DNA of 63,998 nucleotides, filler included, from Porpidia crustulata (Eukaryota), in assembly GCA_964255105.1 (NCBI GenBank). It is 20 parts of 20 records of this genome, joined end to end, with 100 filler letters (N's around TTAATTAATTAA, not from the genome) between each part and the next. Parts side by side here need not be neighbours in the genome. Positions count along the whole stretch, not along the records: positions 51,701 to 54,782 come from CAXUWE010002356.1; positions 54,883 to 57,943 come from CAXUWE010002357.1; positions 58,044 to 61,101 come from CAXUWE010002358.1; positions 61,202 to 63,998 come from CAXUWE010002397.1; 16 more parts are not named here. One strand, written 5' to 3'. Both the position numbers and the translations under genes were made by a program. The notes below the pieces were generated by a model that ran no database searches, had not been told where the DNA came from, and worked only from the letters and a program-made list of their open reading frames with translations. Below, one piece after another: positions 52,323 to 63,998 of the stretch (position 1 is its first letter; each line of letters begins with the position of its first letter).

Positions 52323-54202
52323 TCATAAGACTGTACAGGAATTGCTTGCGGACCTATTTCGAGAGGGATTGTCAGTTTTTATTCGCCGGCAGGGTCGCTC
52401 GTCCGAGCAGCATCATCATCGCCGTCAGGTATGGCGGGTTCTTCATTAGACCTTGGTGACTCTTGATCATCATCCCTTTGATCCCAAAATAGCGTCAGAA
52501 CACACGGGTTAGAAGAAGCATGACGTTGAAGGTAGAAATGAAAAGTAAGGACCTACCAACGTTGTGCTTCCATACGGCGAACCCAGCGTGCCGTTATCTT
52601 CAGTCGTTCTCGGACACTCGTAGTGGGGAGAAGCTTATACTTTTCATCGTCCGCGATAGGGAGAATACTGGCAAACCAATAAGGAAATAGGGCTGGATCG
52701 TCAGGTGGTGATCCGTATGCAGCAAGCACCCGCTCATGCAACCACGGCGCCGAGACAGCCTGCATCCTGGTGATGAAGTCGATCCCCACTTTGAGCAATT
52801 CAAAGGTTGACATGCGATCCAATTGCGCGACAAGATCGTTTCTCGGAGGAGTTGGACCTTGTGTCTGTGTTGCTTCTGCCTGCTCTTCCTCAGCCAATGA
52901 CACGTCATCAACGCGCTCAATATTGCCCATGATATATCCATCTAGCATGCCCCAGTCTTTGACTCTGAAGCGCGATACTCCACGGGTTTCGATTAGACTT
53001 CTACCGTCAGGCATCAACTCCATACTGATAATATGAAGCAGTGTGCCGTATTGTACAAAATGAGTAAGCCCCAAGCCTCCTTGTGGTTCGTTTCGCCGAT
53101 TGTACATCATCATTCCAAATTTACGATCTCCACTCTCTATAGCTCGTCTGATCATAAGACGATATCGAGGTTCGAATATGTGGAGGAAGGTAGGCATCGA
53201 TGGATAAGCAAGTGTGCAGGGAAATAGAGGGACGTTCCTTTCCCCGGTGATCGAAGCTTCTTCGAGCTTGACAGCTTCTGCCCTCGCGGCAACCAGATCT
53301 GGGCAAAGTCCTATGAGGAGGTTTGATAGTCTTTGATTGCTAGGTTCGTGTGCGACATCTGGAGGCATGGTGAGGGGTCTCCTGCAGATCGGACAAAGGT
53401 TCGAGTGATCCAGGACACGAGCGACGCATTTCCGGCAAAAAGTATGTCCGCAGGTCGTGGTCAGAGGATCCAGCATCAAAGCATAGCAAACTTGACAGTC
53501 CAATTCGGCCTTCGTAGCCTCTTTCAGATGCTCCAACATCGCGCTATCCAGATTTTCGTAATTATCTCCCGTAGGTGACATTGTCTGGTATGCGACCTCT
53601 GAATCATATTTCAATTCCCCAATCTCGGCCATAGTGTATGTCGCCACCAGCCGCCCCCCGTTCAGAACCCTAGATCTCGGGAGATCCTGTTCTTTTGAGC
53701 TATCAATAACATTCTTCCAGTGTAATCTTTCATCCAGTAGAGTCGGAGTGTCAGGCGCCAAAGGCCGACAACGGGCAATCTCAATACCGATTCTTTCCAT
53801 GATCTTTGCCAGCGTGACATCCTGACTGCAATCATCCAATGAGTGTTCTGCTCCGCACTGTTTGAACGGGCAGTCAAAGCCTTCTTGTCTGTTCGCTGTC
53901 ATCGGATACGAGATGTGTTGTCTCTTGTGAAGTTCTGGCAGGCATGTCCGACATATTGAGTTGCCACACGGGAGGGTCATCGGCGAACGTAATGGTAGGG
54001 AACATCGCGAGCACTGAATGAGACGGACAATGGCTCGTGCGTCGCGATGAGAGTTGACAGTATGGAGGAAGGGAGGCTGAAGTTCTCGTGGGGAGAAGAC
54101 GGTGCCCATCAAAGCGGCGACGGGGTTGATGATGCCAGGGGATGACCTGCCGCCGTTCTCCGTAATTCTAGATGGAAGTCTTTGTTCGTCAGAAAGACTC
54201 AT
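52323..54202 (-). CDS. LON peptidase N-terminal domain and RING finger protein (CrgA/LONRF-like)
   Basis: Two RING fingers (CSRC...LPCGNSICRTC; CQVC...CGHTFCRKC...CPICR), LON-N motif LHIFEPRYRLMIRR; intron 52354-52556 gives C-terminal ...WSASNSCTVL*. Confidence 0.9.
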
Positions 54203-55068
54203 CTATTCCGTTCGCTTTCCTCCATACGGGGGGTGAAGAGGCGCGAGATTGCGGGATCGGACGAGGACTGGCAGCTGATGAAGCGCAGGACTAAGTTTAT
54301 CGTATTTTTGTGATAATGGAGTGTCTTTTGATCAGGAGGATGGCGCAATGCCAGGACGTCTGTTATTGTTGGATGTGAAGTCCATCCGAGGGGCGCACAA
54401 AGCATACAACAGTCACCCAGATACAGTCGAAGGTGACGGTTCACAAGAAATGAGCTTAGCGAGAAAGCTTGTCGTCGGCGAAAGTGTATTATGTTGAGAC
54501 AGTGAAATGGTAGTTTGGTGGTACGGCAGGGGGATTAGGAATATCGAATGTGTGGGAATGGGCATGAGGGTAGACTTGGTGAGGTGGATGATAGGCAGAT
54601 TAGACTCTATTGGGTTGGGAGAGTGAAGAGCGATGAGTGAAGTGGTGATGATGAAGGCATTGAGCCAATGAAGTCACGCCGTCATGATTCCCGCAGCCTC
54701 GGAATAAATGAATAGAATTGCCGTTTGGACGGAAGTAGCGAGAGTAGCGAGAAATAGAGGCGCGACTGGGGTGGGGTGGGGGNNNNNNNNNNNNNNNNNN
54801 NNNNNNNNNNNNNNNNNNNNNNNNNNTTAATTAATTAANNNNNNNNNNNNNNNNNNNNNNNNNNNNNNNNNNNNNNNNNNNNGCTTCATAGCCCTAGGCT
54901 GCATAAGCACGTAAAAATGAAGAAATAAAAAAAAATATCAACTATGGTATTGAAGCTCATCGCGGCACGCTTGCCCTGGCAATAAAGCCAGTGCTTTTCA
55001 ACCTCGTTATGTCGATTGATGAATTCGAGCCTGAGAGCGAAACGTTTGGCAGGGTCGCTATCAAGGGC

Positions 55069-56216
55069 TCAACTGGCGTGACATCGAGGGTGTCGCTCGT
55101 CTCCTTCGCTCAGAAGCATGAAAACTTTTGCTTCTTTCACACCGGTGCATTCTATACCAGCTCGGATATGGACGTGGTAGCCAAATATGTTCAAGACATG
55201 TCCGTAGTGAAAGGATCGAATTTGCAGCGTAACGCCTTGAGCATAGTATGGTGAAGGCTTCATGCCCCTTGATTTGATGCGATCCCAATAATACGCTCTG
55301 ATGGCTGGGTCTGGTGAGTTCCGCAGATCGTTCCAAGACTTCACAACAGACCAGAAATGTTGCCGCTGAGTCAAGTCGTCTGAGAAGCGCAATTGCGCAA
55401 AGCGCTCGAGCTGCATGGCATGATCGAGAGGGTTTCCTTCTACCTTGCTCTGCCGAACGGGAAGCGCAACGTTAAGGTGCTGCCCTGGACTGGGGCGATG
55501 GACCCCAGCCGGTAGCCACTCCAAAAGGTCCTTCTCATGGAGCGTCTGGAAGACTAATGATCCCCACATCTCCAGTAGATTGAGAAGCAACCAATCGATC
55601 TCCGGATTCACCTCTGGAGGAGCTTCAGAGATCAAAACAAAGACGTCATTCATAATTCCGGGCCGAAATACAGAATAGTGAAGGCTAGGATGGGTTTGCT
55701 GGTATCTGGGACTGGAGTGCTGCTTTCTTGTCCTACTGTCCAAATCCTTTGCCTGACCCACGTAAAGCCACCATTTGGACACGTTTTCCTTGAGCGAGAT
55801 TGCGTGGAGGTATACTCCAGCTTGACCTTTCTTCATGATGCCCCCAATACCTGCCAAGCTACACATCATGAACTCATTACCAGCAAGACCAGATATCGAG
55901 CGCAGTCATACCGGTGGAAGTCCCAAGGGCCTTCTTGACAAGCTTTCATCAGTGAACCGCTCCCAGCTTTTTTCAAGAGACGGAAGATCCCTTCTTGCCC
56001 GGACATTTCGCGAACCTGTACGTACTCCGAAAAATGGGTCTCGTCTCTGAACACCTTATTGGGCATGTTGGACAAAATGGCGTCTGGATCAACATTCTTT
56101 GGCGCCATGGTGCGTTTCCCGTCACGGAAGATGGCTGCATCGGGAAATGTAGGCGCCGATGCCTTTTCAGCCACCGGCAAAGGATGCAATGGATCAGAGT
56201 ACCACGCGAGACTCAT
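55069..56216 (-). CDS. GIY-YIG-like nuclease-domain protein, spliced
   Basis: AGVYLHAI...WLYVGQAKDLDSR..QH, later LLE; a GTATGA...TAG intron (about 55859-55911) joins the two ORFs in frame (...DFHR-LAGIGG...). Confidence 0.6.
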
Positions 56217-58043
56217 TTATTTAGTAGCAGGCAGGTGCCTGACAGTTGGAATGTCATCTCCAAGGTTCCATTTCGCGGATTCTTCCGGTTCATGGCAGAT
56301 CTCCCATTCCTGACTTGATATTAGCAGCGCACATTTGACGGACGGCCTATGTCAACAAAACATTACATCTGATGAGCCAGGATCGTCTATGATACCCATT
56401 CTCCATGGATTATTATCATCCACTCTGACAGGCGACAATTCCTTGACATCGAGTCCGTACGGATATGGCTTTCGGCCCGGTATCGGAGCAGTGCATGACT
56501 CAATGCAGTGACGTTCCTCATCATCAGGTGGCATCCTAGAGAACCTAGGTCTATCTTAAAGAAGTAGCTAGAAGAAACGTTACGACTCAAAATCAAGGCT
56601 TATCAACGCTGAACAGAATATTCGAAGTGGTGTGTTATCGGAAGATAGATATAATCAGCGGCGACATTCAGAGAGATACCATCAGAAATAAGATGCTACC
56701 AGAAGTGAAAGATTCTTCGATGGGAAGGTATTGCCAAACGCTCGCAGCCAGACATCATGAGAGTGTGGAGATCATCTGAAATGACAAAAGGATCTGACCG
56801 TGTGTAGATATGGCAATGGAGCTCTTGGATGCTAAAGGCATTTAGTGTCGCACGCGATAGTCAAAGGCAGCAGTGTTCAATGGCGATTCAATGCATTCAA
56901 ATATGCCAACACTTCATTTTGAACAATGTAGTGGCCCGCTATAATTCAACTGACTGTAAAAACTGCATTTAGATAGGGTGACTAAGGACGCATGTCTATG
57001 TCGGTAGCCTTTGAAAAGTATCATTGAGGGTATGCCCCGAGCACCAGACGAAAACCCTCCGTTGTCACGATGTGGAGACACATTGAATCAACGATGCCAG
57101 GAAAAAAATTTGATCACATTACACAAATTTGCCTCTGTAAATCAATTAATCTCCTATCGAGGAAAATATGTGCGATTCAACTTACCCACTCGGAATCGAA
57201 CCGAGAATCTTGTCATATACATGCTGACATGTTACTACTTTGGGCCCGTAAGTTCCTGGGCGTGCCGAGGTTCCGAGGAACGGGATACTTACGTGACACG
57301 CTTTACCATTAAGCCATAGAGGCGTTGAAACAATTTCTCATAAAAGACATATTATTCTATACAAACCAATTTAATGATCTTATTTGTACCCATACATTCT
57401 TCAATAGGACTTTGAGTATGCTAACGAAGCTCAACGACGAGACGATCATTATACAAGTTCGCTCGGGGCAGTCCCCTGTTAAGGGTTTAGAGCTTAAATA
57501 CGCCTATCACGCCATACAAAAGCCACTCTGGGACCTGTATACATGCTACCTACATGCCCTCAGCTTTGTCGTCGTCGCCGCCGCCGTCGCGTCGCAACGA
57601 CGCCCAGAGAAAGAGGCTTCGCCCCTGCAAAATTTTCCTAATTATTCTAGCGACGACGACATTAACTGCTCAGCTGAATGTGATACGTCTTCCTTCCTCG
57701 GAGCCCTTATCTTCGCCTCCTTTCTCATCGCCGTGGCCTCCCTGTTAACCTTTCGCTTAGTCTTAGCGATATCCTCCCCTTTCTACTGCGACTCTAGCCT
57801 ACCCTGCTTACAGCTCTTCTCCCCGCCTCTGCCCCGAGCCCTACGAGTCCCTGTAACTGCTGAAGAGGCAGGGGCTTGATATTCAGTAGGTAATTGAGAT
57901 AGTGTGAGCCACTGAGATCGTCGATCGGCTAAGGAAATCATCCNNNNNNNNNNNNNNNNNNNNNNNNNNNNNNNNNNNNNNNNNNNNTTAATTAATTAAN
58001 NNNNNNNNNNNNNNNNNNNNNNNNNNNNNNNNNNNNNNNNNNN

Positions 58044-58829
58044 GTCCCCGCTCTCGTGCGTCGCCCCCACATCCCCGGCCTGCCACATGCGCGCCAGAAT
58101 GAGCACGTCCTCGGCATCCCACGTCTCAAAGGGAGCTTCCCACTGGCCCTTGATGAACGCCTCGAGGTCCATGTACCCAAGCTTCTCGAACTGACGCTCG
58201 CGGAACCACGCCGCGCTCATAGCCCACGCGCAATACGCCCGCCCGAATGCGTGGAGCCCGCGCACAGGTTTCGTGCCTTTAGCGCGGAAGGCGCCATCCT
58301 CATAGTCCACACTGTTGAGCAGAGCGGCTTTGGGACCTTCGAGGAAGGTGCAGTTGTGCAGGCTCGTGCGCGCGGAGCCGCAAGTGACGATAACGTTTTT
58401 CACAAAGGAGGGATACATGCAGGCCCAGTAGTAAGCCTGTTGGCCACCCATGGAGAAGCCCTGGACGACGTCGAGTTCCGTGAAGCCCAGGTGCTTTGTT
58501 AGGAGCTCGTGCTGCGCGCGAATGCAGTCGCGGTAGTCGAGCTTTTTGGGAAAGGAGGGGGTGTTGGAAGGGGAAGAGGATTCGCCGTTACCGAGCATGG
58601 CGATGACGACTACGTGGTGGGAGGAGAGGGCGGCGTTGGGGCTGGTGAAGGAGAGGGTGGTGTTGATGCGGCCGCCGTAGCAGGTGGGGACGCAGGCTTT
58701 TTTGGGGGAGGAGGAATTGTAGGAGCGGTAGGCGACGGTGACGGGCAGGGTTTCGCCGGAGACGAATTGGAAGGAGGCGATTCGGTAGTGCTCGATGCCG
58801 GTGGTATAGTAATCGCCAGGAGTCGGCAT
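58044..58829 (-). CDS. Homoserine O-acetyltransferase-like alpha/beta hydrolase, 3'-truncated
   Basis: PTCYGG, AMLGNGESSSPSN, GFSMGGQQAY nucleophile motif. Confidence 0.85.
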
Positions 58830-59356
58830 GATTGAGGAGTATACTCTTGGAGGTGTTCTTGCAGTGGAAGATACGACGAACAACCCAGAATTGAAACCTA
58901 AGAGACAGCGGGATTTACCTGATCTCACATTCTGAGTCCGTGGGCCCCAACAGATCTTGGCGCGCAAATGTTGCAATGGAAACTTACGCTTTGTTATCCC
59001 AAAAGGAATTGTTTCGAAATCAGTTATGATTGACGTCATCAGCCCTTAGATATCGGTAAATCATACGCCGAGACGCCTCATGGATCTTTTTCTTACGTGC
59101 CCGCAAGCGAGACTTCTACACACGAGACATTATTGGAAAGTGTTCCACTTCTTCTACCACGATTCTTGACTGCTTGGACTGTGTAACGAGTGGTCTGTCC
59201 GCTCAGTCGAGATGTCGCAAATAAAAAATCTCGGGAACCACTCAGGTGTCGTTTGAGACAGAGTCTTGAACGCCAGGATTGATTTGATTTGATCAAGCTT
59301 GAATCTACAAGTGGAAATTTTTACTCAGTGGATGCGGAGGCAGGCGCTTTGGGTTT

Positions 59357-59838
59357 TCAATGGCCATAGGATCCGGTGCCATCATACTGTATTTCGATGC
59401 TTTTTGGGTTAGGTGCTTTTGATGAGTGACTATGGATGGAGTTTAATATGGTCTGAGCTCTTTTCATTTCTTTCACCACCCAAGAGTCTGAGATATTGGA
59501 CGGATAGCAGCAGATTTTGAGGTCGAAACCAAGGGTTTGAATAAGAGGAGAATACAACAAGCTCTGGAAACCTCTCAGGATGTTAGACTTATCTTGATGT
59601 ATGGGATCGGTGTACACATAGGATCACAATTAGTATGTGCCGTAGACATTTTTCATATCCTCTTCGTTAAATAATATCGAAGATACCAGTCTGGAGACTT
59701 TAAGTCCAAGGGTAAAGAAGAACAGCATATAAGGGTTTGTCTCTATAAGGAAAATCATTGATAATCAAGTTCTTGAATATTTGAATTCGAAATTCGATTG
59801 GTAGACTTAGAAGGTTGGCCAAATGCAGAATAGACCAT
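59357..59838 (-). pseudogene. F-box-like gene remnant
   Basis: LLSLPIEFRIQIF F-box-like start followed by an interrupted reading frame. Confidence 0.3.
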
Positions 59839-61251
59839 GTATGTAATCGCCAGCGGTGAGCTATTGGGCGTTCTCCGGAAAAGCAAGATGTAGGCAGCCG
59901 CATTAGGTGGGTGAGAAAGTGAAGCAATTACTTAATAGGCTGATACCGATGGCTGCCAGCACTTTAGTAATTGCCTTATATAAGGCTCAGTAAGGCATTG
60001 GCGCTTCGGAGATCTGTCCAAGTCTGCCTTAGGCTCCAACCAGCTACCAATTTGCTTGGCTCGTCAGGTTCCACTGGATATTGCTGCTTCCGTACATCCT
60101 ACTTCGTGCAGTAGCGATACCGCTGCCTAGAGCATTAGAGTGTGTAGAGTTGCTTTGGGGAATCCAGAAGCAGAAGAAAAGGGAAGGCGATTAAGCGCGA
60201 CTAGACTACATCAACTTAGACGTGGCTGTGCCACTCCCGATGCCCTGGCCCCTGGTACTTTATTCGTGTTGCACAGCCAATCGAGCAATTTCACAGGCGC
60301 TCCAACCTTTCCCTACTGCCGACATCGAAATTCTATCCACTCGCTACCAATCGACGAAAAAGCCATGGCGCCTACACACATCACTCGACCACAACCTGAC
60401 CGACAACAATCCTGACCGCTCATTCCGACCCAACGAGGCTCTGCAACATTTTATACAATTTCTGCTCGGCGTTTGGAGCAGATGGTCCATCCACAGGCGT
60501 TCGCAATCCGGTAGCTCTTCCGACACTAACGGCGGACGAATCCGTGAAAGGCAGAACCGCAGTCCACAGCACAGAATAACTGGGGCTTTTGGGGAAGAAT
60601 AATTCTTTCTGGGAATAAGAGCGTCGGATTTCAATAGGAGTGGTGCAAAGGAGGAAAACAGATACCCACATAATGTCTCAACGGTAGAGCTTCTAGGATC
60701 AGCACTGGCTGCGGCGTAGCTGACGGGATGAGCCAGGCGGGAGTACCACATGGTCGTGCTAGGCGCTGGTAAGCTATTGACCGGTTCTACTCGTAAAACG
60801 TTACTTACAAGCATTACATAGGGGGCGTTGGCAAAAGTTGTCTTACCGGTTCGTTGCGTGGGCGCTGCGTGGGGCGTGAGGCAAACGTTGATTTCTACCG
60901 ACAGCGCAATTTGTACAGAATGTGTGGATAGAAAGCTATGACCCAACAATAGAAGACTCGTATCGGAAGCAAATCGAAGTCGACGTATGGCCCCAGCGGC
61001 TCTTTGTCGGTGCCACCCCCACTGACACCAACCCAGGGCCGCCAATGTATATTAGAGATATTAGACACCGCTGGCACGGAACAATTCAGTAAGCCCCAGT
61101 CNNNNNNNNNNNNNNNNNNNNNNNNNNNNNNNNNNNNNNNNNNNNTTAATTAATTAANNNNNNNNNNNNNNNNNNNNNNNNNNNNNNNNNNNNNNNNNNN
61201 NCCTATCTAAGGGAATGACCATCATTATATAGACATAGGAGAATCGTGCTA

Positions 61252-61540
61252 AGAGCGTTGTGCTCAGTGTGCTCAGTGCCATGAGCGCGGTGAGCACCCT
61301 TCTGCTCAGTTGGCTCACCATGGTGAGCATGGTGAGCGAACGCTGCTCACTGTGCTCAGTACCATGAGCACGGTGAGCGGTATCCTTATTACGCTTTGCC
61401 CGCGTAGTCCCTATTCCAGGTGGGGTTTCCACCTGGGGTTAACAGTAGTACATCGATATTATAACCCTAACCCTAAATCCCACAGTCCTAACCCTCAATG
61501 CTTAGCGTGGCTCGTTGCTGAGCACGCTGAGTAAATACGA
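61252..61540. repeat. GCTCA/TGAGC short-repeat array with imperfect terminal inverted repeats (MITE-like)
   Basis: Many GCTCA(G/C) and TGAGC units in both orientations; left GTGCTCAGTGTGCTCAG vs right CTGAGCACGCTGAGTA; internal duplicated TGTGCTCAGTRCCATGAGCRCGGTGAGC. Confidence 0.5.
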
Positions 61541-62010
61541 AGTTGTTAGTACGATAAATTTGACTATACTCAATTTGACATCGTTTATGATCAGTGTATT
61601 TACTCTAGAGTCTAGTATGTTTTCTCTCTGAATTAATAATCGTCTGAATAGATGAGTCGAAAGATAGATAGATAGATAAATGATTTAAAGCAATTGATTA
61701 GATGCTTAAGCAGATAATCGATCAAACAGATGAAAATTTGCTGAATTAGAAGTCGAGTGTTAAGGTACTTTTTTGATATATCCCTTAGGTCAAGGAACGA
61801 GTCCGAAATGCAACGATCATTAAATACCTCTAAATAAATTTCATCTTTCAATAAAACTAACAAGGTACAAGGCTTGGTAAAACGGCATCCGCAGCATCTC
61901 AGGCTGAACCCGATCTCGCCTGCACACAGTATACACATGGGTTCGTGCGAGAATCCTACAGCATTGCATCGACAGGCTAGCGAACTTGCACATACTCTCG
62001 TTCTTCCAGT

Positions 62011-63668
62011 ATGGTTCCGACCGAGGACGCCCTCGCTTTGAAGAAGAAGGGCAATGAGGCCGTTGCCTCCCATGATTGGCTGAAAGCTATAGAATGTTAT
62101 ACGCAAGCTATTGATCTAGATGATAAAGATGCCACGTTCTATTGCAATAGAGCTCAAGTTCGTCCACACATCAATGCTCATCTCGAAATGATTTACAGTC
62201 CTACAACTAATCTGACGGTGAACGCAGGCGAATATAAAGCTGGAGGCCTACGGTTATGCTGTTTCCGACGCCTCGAAAGCTATAGATCTAGATCCTTCCT
62301 ATGTCAAAGTCAGTTTCGGATCTTGAGAACACCTTCGATATCATTCTGACGTAATCCGTAGGCATTTTACAGAAGAGCTGTCGCCAATACTGCTATACTA
62401 AATTCCAGGAATGCTTTAAAGGATTTTAAGACTGTCGTGAAGAAGGAGCCCAATAATAAAGACGCCAAGTTGAAGCTTGCCGAATGCGAGAAAATAGTGC
62501 GTAGGGTAGAATTTCTAAGAGCGATAGAAGTAGGGGATCCACCATCAGCGTTTGAAGGACTTGATATCGACTCAATACCAGTTGAAGGCAGCTATGATGG
62601 ACACAAGCTTAGCAATGAAATGACGCAGGAGTTTATCGACGACATGATAGTGAGGTTCAAGGACGGGAAGAAGCTCCACCGCAAATATGTCTACCAAATA
62701 ATTTCTGCTGTCCATAAAATCGTCTATGAGGAGCCTACGATGGTAGAGATGGAGGTTGCAAAGAAGCACAAATTGACAGTGTGTGGGGACACACATGGAC
62801 AATTCTTTGACCTTCTCGAGATATTCAGACTCAATGGCTTCCCTACTGGTTCGCATGGCTACCTTTTTAACGGTGACTTCGTGGATAGAGGTTCTTGGTC
62901 AACGGAGATTGCTCTCCTACTCTATGCATACAAATGGTTACATCCAAGTACCTTCTTTCTAAATCGTGGCAATCATGAAACAGACGACATGAACAGAGTC
63001 TACGGTTTTGAAGGCGAATGCAAAGCAAAATATACTGAGAAGGTGTTCAAGCTCTTTTCCGAGTCGTTCTCTGCGCTGCCTCTTGCCACCCTGATAGGCA
63101 AAAAATACCTTACGCTTCACGGTGGCTTATTTTCGGATGACAAGGTCTCATTGGATAACATTAGGAAATTGAATCGACATCAGCAGAGACAACCCGGGCA
63201 ACAAGGCCTGATGATGGAAATGTTGTGGACAGATCCCCAGACTATGCCTGGCAGAGGGCCCAGCAAACGTGGCGTAGGGCTGCAATTTGGACCGGATGTC
63301 AGTAAGAGATTCTGCGAGGCCAACGGGTTGGAGGCTATCATACGAAGCCATGAAGTGCGCATGGAGGGCTATGAGGTTGAACACGACGGGCGTTGTATCA
63401 CTGGCAAGTTTGGTAAGATTGACAGATGGAATCGGCGCTAACATTCTTACAGTATTTTCAGCACCCAAGTATTGCGACAGCACAGAGAACAAGGGTGCCT
63501 ACATCAATATCGGCCACGAGTTAAAGCTTGACTTCCATAAATTCGACGCTGTACCGCATCCCGACATAAAGCCCATGGTAAGCAGTTCTCTCCCTCAACT
63601 CGCAGATGGACGGCTAATAGTCCTCGTCACAGGCTTACGCACAGAGTTCTCTGATGTCGATGACATAA
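62011..63668 (+). CDS. PPT1: Serine/threonine protein phosphatase 5 (TPR plus PPP domain), multi-exon
   Basis: N-terminal TPRs, [38 protein letters not shown]; ends [11 protein letters not shown]. Confidence 0.96.
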
Positions 63669-63998
63669 CCCATGTCTTTCTCTCCACTCCCAAATCGATT
63701 TGTCGGAATCCTTGCTATTTAGCGAAATATACTCATCGAATGGCGCATATTCTTGGAGGACATTAGACGTACGGATTTAGCGGAGCGTTCCAAGAATGTC
63801 TTTCATACCTTGTATATACTGCCATTGACACCAGCATCTTTGTCGCTCCACCCGCCCTGCTGTCAATCCCCGCTCCCGTCGTGTATTTCACCGTCACAAA
63901 TATTTAGAGTCATATCTCGGGACAGGGACAAGGAATTGATTCCTCAATTCCCCGATAGAACAATAACAATCTCCTCCCCCTCAGTCCTCTTCAAAAAC

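Noticed and set aside
60140..61045. Several overlapping ORFs of 80-233 aa
   Set aside because: No ATG-supported, motif-bearing protein recognisable; likely non-coding or decayed.
3170..61201. Regularly spaced TTAATTAATTAA palindromes, about every 3.2 kb, as a biological repeat or CRISPR-like array
   Set aside because: Always embedded in N runs; a synthetic six-frame-stop contig linker.
61463..61495. CCCTAA repeats as a true telomere
   Set aside because: Only 2-3 interstitial units, flanked by ordinary sequence and a housekeeping gene.

Overview
Eukaryotic DNA from a filamentous ascomycete (Pezizomycotina; a lichen-forming lineage is plausible but not provable here). It is intron-rich, with GT-AG introns carrying CTRAC branch points. 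The window is not one locus. It is about 20 unrelated ~3.1-kb contigs joined by an artificial 100-nt N...TTAATTAATTAA...N spacer and sorted by decreasing length (3169 down to 3058 bp), so neighbourhoods across spacers mean nothing and many genes are cut off. Most content is housekeeping: GCP2/Spc97, proteasome alpha5, SYS1, COG5, U2AF small subunit, S10 carboxypeptidase, PRX1, BtgC, Brl1/Brr6, eIF1A, Rad60/Esc2-like, a LON-N/RING protein and PP5. The standout is a tRNA-Leu(AAG) gene at 537-695 (-). Besides a normal 17-nt anticodon-loop intron, it carries a 60-nt D-loop insertion with all the hallmarks of a spliceosomal (U2-type) intron (GTCAGT...CTAAC...CAG). Exact removal of both introns restores a perfect 82-nt tRNA. 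Secondary observations: alternative 3' acceptors that could switch a CaaX box on the LON/RING protein, an RnpA-like protein, a spliced GIY-YIG-like gene, a decayed Zn2Cys6 plus UDG-like locus, and a MITE-like repeat.
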